From positions 27,287 through 91,286 of the IMG/VR virus record IMGVR_UViG_3300032246_001892: 64,000 nt of DNA. One strand, 5' to 3'. The notes beneath the pieces are model-generated. The model was not told the origin of the DNA and did not search any database. It saw only the letters and a program-made list of their open reading frames with translations. Of the stretch, positions 28,836 to 37,762 are shown in pieces. Each line of letters begins with the position of its first letter. Position 1 is the stretch's first letter. The translations under genes were made by a program, and so were the position numbers. The stretch is from a virus.

Positions 28836-30224
28836 TCACCCCTCATCGTCTAAATTTTCTATAAGATTAAGAGTATCAGCGATACTTTGAATACCTGATG
28901 TTGCTGATCCTGGTATATTTCTCCTAGAAGAATTAAATGATTGTGACACACTATCCGGATCACTAAGGATTAATGTAGGATAATCAATTTCTAATACGGT
29001 ATGACATTCCCTCGGACCAAAACGATTTTTAGTAATACCAAGATGAATAATGCCCAATTCAAAATCCTCTTCTTCCGTCCAAATAGAGAATTGTGCATCT
29101 GCTGTATGAGCTAGTCCCATAGATTCTGACATGGTCTCTAATCCAGGGTTTGATTCTCCATAGGCAGATCTATTAGTCTGAGTCGCAGAAATTACCGGAC
29201 ATTCAAACCAATAAGACATGGCTCTAATTATTTCTGTAATCTTTTTAATAGACTCATAAGAGTTATGTCCCTTTTCTGGAGGTGCTACTAGATTTAAGTA
29301 ATCTAATACAATAGCATCTGGCTTAATACCTTTCTTAACCAATCTTTCAATATAGGTTTTAATTTGTATTGGAGTAACACTTTGAGGAGGAAATTCTTTA
29401 ATAATAAGCTTGGCATCTTGATGTTTTAATTTATATGCATTTAATGAATCCTTAAGAGGTTCAATCTGCATAGGTAAATCATTCATAGCAATGCGAGACA
29501 ATTGAGAACTAATACGTTTTGCGTATACTTGCTCTGCCATCTCCAAAGTAATAAGGACAACGGTTTTATTCTGACTAAGAATATTCGTAGCGATGTTCCC
29601 TAAGAATATAGACTTACCTACGTTCGTGACTCCATAGAACACATAAAGAGCTCTACCTTCTGCCATGAAACCGCCACCAATTTTATCATCTAACCATTTC
29701 CATCCCGAAGGAATGGTTTTAAATACCTTCTGTAAATCCTCACAATGAGAGTCTACACTTTCTAAATAATCTAAACCGTAACTTTCAACTAAAGATATAC
29801 CACAAGCCTTTTCAAAATCTTCTAATATTTTAGTAGAATCTATTTGACCGGATTGTACATCTATAGAGGTTTTAAGAACTGTATTATATACAGCTTTTTC
29901 TTTGAGAAATCTTTCAGTATTCTTTAATAAGACTTCTTTGTCATAGGTTTTATCAATGCTACTAAAGCTCAAAGCAACATCTCTAAGAGCATCTCTTTTT
30001 TCTGGTTCAACTAAATGAACCTTAAGCTCTGTAACATTAGGTACTTTATTATACGTTTCGTAATAACTACTCAGTGCTTCAAACACTACCTTAATATTCT
30101 TGTCCTGGAAATAAGAAGGTTTTGCATGTTCTATGATACTTTCCAAATATATTGGATCCATCAAAGAATTGTAAATAACAATCTTTTCAAAAAGACTTAA
30201 ATCTAAAGGTAGTGTTTTACTCAC
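28836..30224 (-). CDS. gp41: replicative DnaB-like helicase (T4 gp41-like)
   Basis: GVTNVGKS, ITLEMAE, IIKEFPP, LDYLNL, SATQTNR, SESMGL, KNRFG; GTG start. Confidence 0.93.
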   Translation of the reverse strand: MSKTLPLDLSLFEKIVIYNSLMDPIYLESIIEHAKPSYFQDKNIKVVFEALSSYYETYNKVPNVTELKVHLVEPEKRDALRDVALSFSSIDKTYDKEVLLKNTERFLKEKAVYNTVLKTSIDVQSGQIDSTKILEDFEKACGISLVESYGLDYLESVDSHCEDLQKVFKTIPSGWKWLDDKIGGGFMAEGRALYVFYGVTNVGKSIFLGNIATNILSQNKTVVLITLEMAEQVYAKRISSQLSRIAMNDLPMQIEPLKDSLNAYKLKHQDAKLIIKEFPPQSVTPIQIKTYIERLVKKGIKPDAIVLDYLNLVAPPEKGHNSYESIKKITEIIRAMSYWFECPVISATQTNRSAYGESNPGLETMSESMGLAHTADAQFSIWTEEEDFELGIIHLGITKNRFGPRECHTVLEIDYPTLILSDPDSVSQSFNSSRRNIPGSATSGIQSIADTLNLIENLDDEG

Positions 30225-30230
30225 TCAGTT

Positions 30231-30258
30231 ATAATAGTTAAAAGAAACAATAAAGCAA
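30231..30258 (-). promoter_or_regulatory. sigma70-like promoter of gp41
   Basis: TTGCTT-N16-TATTAT, 6 nt before the GTG. Confidence 0.5.
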
Positions 30259-30260
30259 TC

Positions 30261-30446
30261 TTATTTTGATCCCCAACTAGTCCCATTAAAGAGACCAGAA
30301 AACCCAGTTGTAGGTGTATTACCTATAGCAGCGGCACTCGGAGGCTGAGGATTAATAATTCTTGCAATTTCTTGTATTTCTACATCGTCTTGTAATCTAC
30401 TGGCTGGTAGATGGTTTAATATATCTTTTAATTGTTGATATGTCAT
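30261..30446 (-). CDS. hypothetical protein
   Basis: 61-aa ORF filling the queD-gp41 gap. Confidence 0.45.
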   Translation of the reverse strand: MTYQQLKDILNHLPASRLQDDVEIQEIARIINPQPPSAAAIGNTPTTGFSGLFNGTSWGSK

Positions 30447-30449
30447 AAA

Positions 30450-30950
30450 TTATACTCCTTGTCTTTTGGGCTGAGATGGACTTCCGTAACTAACAGAATG
30501 AACTGATACTGGTTTAGATTTTTCAAAAAGAGCAGAATTATTTTCATGTTCAAAAACTTCTACTTTCTCCACCCAACATCTATCACCCGTTGTCGTTCTA
30601 ATATAATCATTCATCTGATTGAAGCACCATTCTGCGGTTTTTTCAATACCAACAGACTCCATGATTCTGAGTTGGCATCCTCTTTGATTGTTAAGTTCTT
30701 GCCAAAATGGAAGTAAAGGATCGTCCTGTGCCACACAAAGAGTGTGATCAAATTGATCATTTAGAATTTTTTTAATTTCTTTAAGACCTCCAAAATCAAC
30801 CACCCAATTCTTTTCATCTAAGGTATTGGCACCAAACCAGAACTTTGCTCTGAGTTGGTAACCATGAATAAATTGACAATGGCTATGGACTGCCCTCCAT
30901 TGACGGAAGGCACAAGATCCTAATTCTATAATTTTGGTAGATGTATACAT
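30450..30950 (-). CDS. queD: 6-carboxy-5,6,7,8-tetrahydropterin synthase (QueD/PTPS family)
   Basis: SHCQFIHGY, WVVDFGGLK, FDHT, VEVFEHENNSA; start reassigned to 30950 (MYTST). Confidence 0.88.
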   Translation of the reverse strand: MYTSTKIIELGSCAFRQWRAVHSHCQFIHGYQLRAKFWFGANTLDEKNWVVDFGGLKEIKKILNDQFDHTLCVAQDDPLLPFWQELNNQRGCQLRIMESVGIEKTAEWCFNQMNDYIRTTTGDRCWVEKVEVFEHENNSALFEKSKPVSVHSVSYGSPSQPKRQGV

Positions 30951-30951
30951 T

Positions 30952-32145
30952 TTATTCTTCCTCCGTTTCAGAATATAAAACATTATCAACTGGTGTTAAT
31001 GTCTCTGAGATTGTGTCTTCAGAGTCTGTATCTTCAACAGTCAAAGAATCATTATTAAAACAAAGCTTTGTTCGTAATTTCTCTTCTAATGCTGGTAGAA
31101 TTTTATCCCAAACTTTAACATCGGTTTTCCAATCTTTAAAGAATCCTAACATTTCTCCATTGAACGTATGACGATGACCTTGTTTTTCTACAACACCGTA
31201 ACCTTCACACATCTCGAGTAATCCTGAATATCTATTGAGACCGGTCCTAAAGTTTAGATACATCTCTGTCTCTAAATAAGGTGGCACAAATCGATTCTTA
31301 GTTGTAAAGGCTCTAAGGGTCAAACCATTAATGTCTTTGGATAAAGGAGTAACATCTGTATTGGAATCTTTATTCTTACTATCACTTGATCTTTCAGCTT
31401 TCTTAGCCATCTGAACAATAACGGATGCCATATAAAGAGGTCCGGATCCACCAGCCTGCTTCTTAATTGCTGAAGGATGCATCTGCGATGGATCTTCGTA
31501 TATATGATTAGTAAATACTACTGGGCAATTAGCTTTGGCTGCTGAATGAGTAATTGCTCTCATCATACTCTTAAGAGCTTTTGCCCTATTACCCATATCT
31601 GGAGTATCACTTCCTTCATCTATCTTCTTCTTTTCTTGTGTAGTAATAAGATTACCAAGAGAATCAATAACGATAAGAACCTTGCCGTGTAATTTCTTCT
31701 CAACAACGTTTTCTAAAAACTTGACGATTTGATTTCTACATCCTTCGGTAATTTCTGTAGGTATGTGTTTAATCTTAGAAGGATCACATCCAAGTCTTGA
31801 TGCAGTACTTTCATCCAAAGCTCCCTCTGTATCAAAATATGCAATATGCATACCTTTCTTTTGTGCATTGGCCATGACCTTATTGCACATAAGAGTCTTA
31901 CCACAAGATTCTGGTCCAATGAATCCCGTAAGTCTACCCATAGGGATTCCTCCATATATAGAACCTGAGATAATAGCATTAAGAGCCATTGAACCGGTAT
32001 CAATCCATTCCTTAACTGTAGATAAACTATTCTTATCTAAATAAGATGCCTCAGGATTAAGATCCTCTAAAACCTTAAAAGCATCTTCAATGCTTCCACT
32101 ACTTGTTTCTTCTACGTCTGCTTCGTTTTTCTTTTTGTATGCCAT
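30952..32145 (-). CDS. uvsX: RecA-like recombinase (UvsX)
   Basis: IDTGSMALN, GPESCGKT, FDTEGA, IDSLG, NH-x-Y, GGSG, KNRF; start reassigned to 32145 (MAYKK). Confidence 0.93.
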   Translation of the reverse strand: MAYKKKNEADVEETSSGSIEDAFKVLEDLNPEASYLDKNSLSTVKEWIDTGSMALNAIISGSIYGGIPMGRLTGFIGPESCGKTLMCNKVMANAQKKGMHIAYFDTEGALDESTASRLGCDPSKIKHIPTEITEGCRNQIVKFLENVVEKKLHGKVLIVIDSLGNLITTQEKKKIDEGSDTPDMGNRAKALKSMMRAITHSAAKANCPVVFTNHIYEDPSQMHPSAIKKQAGGSGPLYMASVIVQMAKKAERSSDSKNKDSNTDVTPLSKDINGLTLRAFTTKNRFVPPYLETEMYLNFRTGLNRYSGLLEMCEGYGVVEKQGHRHTFNGEMLGFFKDWKTDVKVWDKILPALEEKLRTKLCFNNDSLTVEDTDSEDTISETLTPVDNVLYSETEEE

Positions 32146-32162
32146 ATAATATATAATAACAA

Positions 32163-32197
32163 AAAACCTCAGAAAGTCAAAGACTTTCTGAGGTTTT
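32163..32197 (-). terminator. rho-independent terminator
   Basis: Perfect 16-bp inverted repeat aaaacctcagaaagtc-aaa-gactttctgaggtttt with a U-run on the minus strand, just downstream of ORF 32225..32617. Confidence 0.8.
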
Positions 32198-32224
32198 CCT
32201 GGTTTCTTTTTTTTTAACGATCGA

Positions 32225-32617
32225 TTACTCGTCAAAAAGATTCACGACACCACCTGTAGGTGCTCCTGATACACCACCGGCTGGAACAAAGAGGTTACTC
32301 TTGTTGAACATCTGGCTGTACTGAGCCTGAAGTCTGAAATCGATGGCATCGATGTCGGCCTCGGTGATGTTGTCCTTCTTGTAGAGGAATACCACGTCAC
32401 CAGTCTTATCAGGGAGAAACTCTCTGAAGAAGATAGGAAGGAGTTGAACAGACATTCTTCCGCTCTGATCCTGTGGCACTACGTTGAGGACAACTGGGTT
32501 CTTTAATGCAAGAACCTTGTCGGTTGTCTTTTCAAGAACCGTCTCGCCCAAAATGGTGCGACCTACGGTATCTAATATGGTTGTTAATGTTGTTGTTGTT
32601 GTTGTTTCTTCACTCAT
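32225..32617 (-). CDS. conserved-type small phage protein, possibly Sm-like fold
   Basis: GRTILGE...LKNPVVL pattern; own TTGAAT-N16-TATAAT promoter and terminator; C/G-ending codon bias. Confidence 0.6.
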   Translation of the reverse strand: MSEETTTTTTLTTILDTVGRTILGETVLEKTTDKVLALKNPVVLNVVPQDQSGRMSVQLLPIFFREFLPDKTGDVVFLYKKDNITEADIDAIDFRLQAQYSQMFNKSNLFVPAGGVSGAPTGGVVNLFDE

Positions 32618-32647
32618 GGGTTTTAATATTATACTTGTACTGAATTA

Positions 32648-33298
32648 TTATTCAAGAGGCAAATTCCAATTTAATGCTTCTGAAATATTTGGAAATGCAT
32701 CTATAAAAATATTTTTAATATCATTGGCAATTTCTCTATGCTCTTTTTGAGTATCTTCATTACATCTAAGATCTATATAATGTATCCAACTTCTCAAGGT
32801 GCCACTCATATACAAAGTTGTTTGAGTACAAAGAGGTAAAACCATTCTTGCACATTCTTTAGCAACTCCTTTAGATAAAAGCTTTTCATATAAAGAAGCA
32901 CCCTGGATAAGATGATTTTTAACAGCTTCTTTATCCTCACCTAAATCTAATAAATTCGTACTAGATTGTCTGTTCTTTTCAGACTGTTCTCTAATTTCAA
33001 ATGATTCAAAATTAGTAACACTACTATACCGTTGACTAAATTCTTGAAACGCAAAACTTCTATGTCTTAAAATTTGTGCTGCTATTGCACGAGATGTTTG
33101 GATCTCAACCGTTGCACTTACCATTTCTAATGGACTCCAGTGTTTATGTTTTATCAAATACTTTAACAGTTTAGGTGCTGTTTGAGTATTCATTTGATTA
33201 TCCGGATTGGATACTCTAGCACAATAACTAACAAAGTCTTCTGCTGATTCTAAACCTTCTATTAAAGGTTGAGTTATACCTACTAGTCTCACTTGCAT
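32648..33298 (-). CDS. thyX: flavin-dependent thymidylate synthase
   Basis: ARVS, HWSPLE, RHRSFAFQEFSQRY, ECARMVLP, TQKEHR. Confidence 0.95.
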   Translation of the reverse strand: MQVRLVGITQPLIEGLESAEDFVSYCARVSNPDNQMNTQTAPKLLKYLIKHKHWSPLEMVSATVEIQTSRAIAAQILRHRSFAFQEFSQRYSSVTNFESFEIREQSEKNRQSSTNLLDLGEDKEAVKNHLIQGASLYEKLLSKGVAKECARMVLPLCTQTTLYMSGTLRSWIHYIDLRCNEDTQKEHREIANDIKNIFIDAFPNISEALNWNLPLE

Positions 33299-34158
33299 AA
33301 AATATTCTCCTTGAAAAATAAAATGTTATTTTCAATACATGATAATTGTTCTTCGTTCACTTCTTCTTCAAATATATGAACCATTTTCTCTATAATTTTA
33401 TGTTCTAGATTAGAAGCTCTCTCATAATTCTTATTATTGAATCCCATTAATACTGGATGAGATGTATCTATGGTTTCTATGAAAGAATAAAGATCACCTG
33501 TATAATTTATAAATTCTGTTGGTAACCCACAACCTAGTAAATGGTGTGATTTTGTATAGTCTATAATACCGTCATCTATAAATCTCTTAAGAAGCTGAGG
33601 TCTAAAGGTAGCAAATGCTGTTGGTTTCCATACTTCTTTTAATTTCTTTTTATTTTTTAAAGGATTATCTGTAATTGCTTTATATATAGATTCTTCACAA
33701 TTCTCTAATGCTTGCTGCCAATAATAGTCATAACCAAAGCTAATTGCTATCTTATCAGCATATTGAGACATGAATAAATAGGAATCTTTTAATTCCTGGT
33801 AATTCTTTCCCTGAATAACTCCTATGCGTGTACCTCTTGCTGAATGAGTATCAAATTTACCTAGGAACTGTTCAAAACATTTAACATTAGCTTCATAATC
33901 TTGAAATACATCCGGAATTATATATTCATCTGGCTCTAATTGAAGAACCCAATTAAAAAATAAATCGTGATTATATGCTTCACCAAGCTCATAGAGACTA
34001 TTATCTAAAATAATTTTACGCCCCATCTTTTTAGACTCAAAGAAAAAGTCTCTATATTCTTTGCTTTCTTCAAGTAAATGAACTAAAGCATAGTCATAAT
34101 CCGTTAATTCACGGACTCTCTTCATTATTTTTAAAGGTGCTTCATGTGCTACTAACAT
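33289..34158 (-). CDS. dpdA: TGT-fold (DpdA-like) 7-deazaguanine transglycosylase
   Basis: IILDNS, IIPDV, IGVIQG, HHLLG, IDTS match TGT-barrel motifs; queD, queE and folE2 nearby. Confidence 0.6.
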   Translation of the reverse strand: MLVAHEAPLKIMKRVRELTDYDYALVHLLEESKEYRDFFFESKKMGRKIILDNSLYELGEAYNHDLFFNWVLQLEPDEYIIPDVFQDYEANVKCFEQFLGKFDTHSARGTRIGVIQGKNYQELKDSYLFMSQYADKIAISFGYDYYWQQALENCEESIYKAITDNPLKNKKKLKEVWKPTAFATFRPQLLKRFIDDGIIDYTKSHHLLGCGLPTEFINYTGDLYSFIETIDTSHPVLMGFNNKNYERASNLEHKIIEKMVHIFEEEVNEEQLSCIENNILFFKENILCK

Positions 34159-34179
34159 ATCTTTGTTTATTATACTCCA

Positions 34180-36522
34180 TTAACTGAACAAATCAAATAA
34201 ATCTGTACATACTTCTGCACTCATTGAAGGCAGATTCCATCCAATACACTCATATACTCTTTGAATAGGTGGTGCTACTATTTTATCAAACATTAACTGA
34301 TGGTTAATTTTAATGAAATCATTAAGCTCTGGAGGATATTGATCTATAAAAGCCATTACTTTAAAATTGTAAGGGTTCTTAGAGGCATAAAAGTATTTCA
34401 TTTTCATACCGCTGGTAATAGATTCATATACATTATCTATATTATGCTTCTTGAGGAGCCCATTATAATGAATAGCAGCCTTGGCATGAATGGGTGTGCC
34501 TTTACCTATCTTACCAAAACTATCCACTTTAGCTTCTTGTTTCTCGATATCCGAAATCTTACTACGAATAGAGATATCTTCCGCCTTCATTTCTTTAAAA
34601 TTCTCATATGCATCTCTAAAGATTTCATTAGATCTCTTTTTATCTTCGACAAGCATTGCGGATTCGATTACATTTTTAATTAATTTCTTAACTGTATCGG
34701 AAATAGATGACCGTGCTACTTCAACTCCTACATACTTAAAAGGATCTTTTGGTGTATATCCTTCTTTATCTAATACGTGAAGTATATATCTCTTCTTTTC
34801 CATGAAGAGACCCACATCACATATAGTCTCCTGCTTAAAGACAAAACGTGCATCTGTAGATTTTAATTCATTTATAGCCCATACAATAATTTCTCTATTA
34901 AGATACTCATCAATTTCCTTGGCTACTTCTCTTGCCTCAGTAGATAGCTTGCCTTCCTTAATAAGATCTACATTCAAGTGTGATAAAATAGGTTGCATAG
35001 AAAAATAACAACTATCCGTATCACCATAAAGGTATATATTCTCCTTACCCACTTTACATCCCTTCTCAATTGCATATTTATAAACTATTTCTGCTGCTTG
35101 TTTAACAACCGCTTGGCCGGTGAGAGTAATACTAGCTGAGTGATCTATATCAAAAAGAGGAGAATACTTTTGTGCAAATACTCCGTAAATGGAATTCAAC
35201 ACGAGCTTATAAACATTCTGTAGAGTATCTAAATTAAGAATCTCTTCTTCAATTTTATCTCTTTCGGTTTTATCCTTTACCGAAGATACCATCTTCTCTC
35301 TTTTAATCATCTCATTCTTGGCTTCTACTCTCTCATTATAAAGACGATCAATGAGATTAGGAATGACTCCTTTAAATTTTTGAGTATAAAGAACATTGTA
35401 TTTGGATATCGAAAGGCTCTCCTTTTGGACCAGTCTATTGAATTTCTCTTCTGATAAAGTAACCGTTTTCTCATTAGCTAACTTTATAGTATATTCTCCA
35501 TCCTGACTATTGATAACTTTACCTATCTTAGTCTCTGGAGATATGTTCAAGGTGATAATGGTATTAGGATATAGACTGTTAGCATCATAACTAACAACTG
35601 CCTTGCTTAAACCTCTTTCTGGTTCATGAACGTATCCACCTACATACTCATCTCTCACTCCGTCATTCTTAAAGGTAGGTATTTTATATCCTTGAATAGC
35701 TGCTTGATGAGCCACTGCACCTGTAATCATGGATACCTTACCCATAGATTGTTCAAAAGGTATAAATCCTTTGTATGAAAGTGTGCGAATGAGTTTAATA
35801 AATTTGAGCTTCTCATCCAACTTTACAAGTATTCTTACGTCTTGAATATTGTAATCTACAAATAACTCCCAATTATCAATTGATAATTGAGCCAGGTTTG
35901 CTCCTCCAGTATCTATTTTACCTTCTTTTAATTCGTATTCGCCAATGAAATTCAAAGCATAAGATTCTCTATCGCCTCTTGTAAAGGTTCTATAAACTTC
36001 CATGTAATCAATATTACTAACTCCTCTAATGTACCAACGATTGATCATCTTACCAAATTTATTCATAGCTACATTCTCTCTATAATAAAGGGAATTAACT
36101 GGTGATAATCTTGCAGCATCTTCTTCACCAAATAAATTATGAAGTCTATTCATAATGTAAGGAATATCAAATCCTTCGCCGTTCCATGTACTAAGAATAT
36201 CGGGAGGCTCCTTCTCCCAGAAAGAAAGAAATGCCTGAAGCATGTCTGTTTCTTTCGGATGACAGAAATATGTTACATTACTATCTTTAGGTGTATAAGG
36301 TTTCTGACCCCATGAATAATATTTCTCCTCAATAGTATCATAAATGGTAATGAGATTGATAGGGTAGTCTGCCTTTTCAGGTTCAGGAAAAGAACTGTCA
36401 TTTGCATAACAGGAATCTTTATATTCTACCCATTTTTTCTTTTTTTCGTCCCATACTTCGTAATCATCTCTCAAGGACTTATTATTCCTAATATCCCCCA
36501 ATGTTATAATTTGTTCTTCCAT
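34180..36522 (-). CDS. gp43: family B DNA polymerase, C-terminal fragment (ExoII/III and polymerase domains) with 38-aa foreign leader
   Basis: WNGEGFDIPY, YNIQD, YDANSLYP, KLVLNSIYG, YGDTDS, KKRY; no ExoI motif. Confidence 0.93.
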   Translation of the reverse strand: MEEQIITLGDIRNNKSLRDDYEVWDEKKKKWVEYKDSCYANDSSFPEPEKADYPINLITIYDTIEEKYYSWGQKPYTPKDSNVTYFCHPKETDMLQAFLSFWEKEPPDILSTWNGEGFDIPYIMNRLHNLFGEEDAARLSPVNSLYYRENVAMNKFGKMINRWYIRGVSNIDYMEVYRTFTRGDRESYALNFIGEYELKEGKIDTGGANLAQLSIDNWELFVDYNIQDVRILVKLDEKLKFIKLIRTLSYKGFIPFEQSMGKVSMITGAVAHQAAIQGYKIPTFKNDGVRDEYVGGYVHEPERGLSKAVVSYDANSLYPNTIITLNISPETKIGKVINSQDGEYTIKLANEKTVTLSEEKFNRLVQKESLSISKYNVLYTQKFKGVIPNLIDRLYNERVEAKNEMIKREKMVSSVKDKTERDKIEEEILNLDTLQNVYKLVLNSIYGVFAQKYSPLFDIDHSASITLTGQAVVKQAAEIVYKYAIEKGCKVGKENIYLYGDTDSCYFSMQPILSHLNVDLIKEGKLSTEAREVAKEIDEYLNREIIVWAINELKSTDARFVFKQETICDVGLFMEKKRYILHVLDKEGYTPKDPFKYVGVEVARSSISDTVKKLIKNVIESAMLVEDKKRSNEIFRDAYENFKEMKAEDISIRSKISDIEKQEAKVDSFGKIGKGTPIHAKAAIHYNGLLKKHNIDNVYESITSGMKMKYFYASKNPYNFKVMAFIDQYPPELNDFIKINHQLMFDKIVAPPIQRVYECIGWNLPSMSAEVCTDLFDLFS

Positions 36523-37313
36523 GTTTCTCTTAAATTTTTAAAACGGTTCCAAACATAATGTGATTTACTTTTTATATATTCTTCAAAAGCTTTATCAGAC
36601 ATTGAAGCAAGTCTTTTGCCTGTTATCTCATTCTGATTGGTTTTCTTTCCTTTTTTGGAAAGAGATATTTTCTTTCCTCTCATTATATGATCAACATTAG
36701 AGTTATGCAAACTTTTCTTCAATCTTTCTTTTTTTTCATTATCAGACAATTTTTCAATTCTTTCTTTTGCTATAGTACTTAATTTTCCTTTTACTTGAGA
36801 CGTAAATCCTTTTTTTGTTGTGGTGTGATCCCAATGATTATATAAATATTTGTATCTTTTATCCTTCACTTTATCACCACACCCACATTTACAAAGAGGA
36901 AGAGATTCATATTTAAGCCTTTTTAAAATTAAAGAACGTTTAAGGTGTGATTTTTTTACTTTATTCCTTATTTCTGGATTTTTCATTGGATGATTTTCTG
37001 AAAAATATCTTCTTGCCAAATCATATTCTTTGGATTTATAAAATCTCTTTTGATTTATACCATTCGCACACATTTGATTAAATGCTGATGATAATTTACA
37101 TTTAATAGCTTGAGAAGCATTACCATGTATTTTGCATAGTAATCTGTGTACTATAAAATGTTCCCTAGCAGTTAATATAGTAATATTAGAAATGGAGCTA
37201 TTACCACCCATACATTTAGGTGTTATGTGATGCTTTTCATAGTAAACACCCTTTATTTTTTCTCTTTGCTGGCCTCTTGTACATAATTTTTGATATAGAA
37301 GGGTATAATTCAT
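36504..37313 (-). CDS. HNH homing endonuclease (MobE-like)
   Basis: EKHHITPKCMGG...LTAREHFIVH, NHPMKNP, CKCGCG. Confidence 0.88.
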   Translation of the reverse strand: MNYTLLYQKLCTRGQQREKIKGVYYEKHHITPKCMGGNSSISNITILTAREHFIVHRLLCKIHGNASQAIKCKLSSAFNQMCANGINQKRFYKSKEYDLARRYFSENHPMKNPEIRNKVKKSHLKRSLILKRLKYESLPLCKCGCGDKVKDKRYKYLYNHWDHTTTKKGFTSQVKGKLSTIAKERIEKLSDNEKKERLKKSLHNSNVDHIMRGKKISLSKKGKKTNQNEITGKRLASMSDKAFEEYIKSKSHYVWNRFKNLRETWKNKL

Positions 37314-37318
37314 ATTAA

Positions 37319-37326
37319 TATTTATA
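37319..37326 (-). promoter_or_regulatory. T4 late promoter consensus TATAAATA for the HNH gene
   Basis: Exact TATAAATA 5 nt before the ATG at 37313. Confidence 0.7.
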
Positions 37327-37351
37327 CCTCTCTATGTCCAAAATATTTGTG

Positions 37352-37753
37352 TTATGATTTTTTTCTTATTTTAATTTTAAAATCATCCCTAAAATTATGA
37401 ATGTCTGTTTCAATGTCCAAGAAATATACTTTAAGAGGGAAGTTACCAAAATCTAATTTATTAACTTCATCTTTATATCTATTAAGAAGGAAATCTTGTT
37501 CACAACTTAGATTATTAAACAATCTTTTGATAGGAGTCTCATTGACAAATTTACTCCTATCAAATTGATTACGGAATCTTACCTTCTTTAAAGGTGTATT
37601 AAAGATGGAAGTAGCATCATTTGCTGATGCTGACTCTATATAAAGATGCGGCTCGTAATCTTCTACGAGCTTAATACGTTTACCGTTTTCATCCCAGGTC
37701 CATAGATGGACTACCTGTTGTCTTCCATCATAAAAAATATTTCTCCATGCCAT
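37352..37753 (-). CDS. gp43: family B DNA polymerase, N-terminal fragment (to ExoI) with 17-aa foreign tail
   Basis: YEPHLYIES N-domain motif; ends VYFLDIET then DIHNFRDDFKIKIRKKS*. Confidence 0.88.
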   Translation of the reverse strand: MAWRNIFYDGRQQVVHLWTWDENGKRIKLVEDYEPHLYIESASANDATSIFNTPLKKVRFRNQFDRSKFVNETPIKRLFNNLSCEQDFLLNRYKDEVNKLDFGNFPLKVYFLDIETDIHNFRDDFKIKIRKKS

Positions 37754-37762
37754 ATTAAGATA

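Larger units (their letters stand above)
36409..37405 (-). mobile_element. 997-bp HNH cassette fracturing the PolB gene
   Basis: Removing it restores contiguous YFLDIET|YANDSSFPEP; contains HNH ORF and two peptide extensions. Confidence 0.7.

Noticed and set aside
36409-37405. Group I intron in polB
   Set aside because: Only about 90 nt lie on each side of the HNH ORF; they are A-rich, mostly in-frame coding, and show no recognisable P7/core elements. An in-frame join (AC|T TAT) with a terminal G is formally possible, but the 5' exon would end in C. Unlikely, not excluded without RT-PCR.
36409-37405. Functional split intein in polB
   Set aside because: No Cys/Ser at the N-junction, no TxxH block and no HN before a C/S/T at the C-junction; 55 aa is too short for a Hint domain. 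The IHN in the N-tail is followed by Phe.
37314-37405. Gene-60-like ribosomal bypass joining the pol fragments
   Set aside because: The gap is about 1 kb, the C-fragment has its own coupled ATG, and I saw no take-off hairpin
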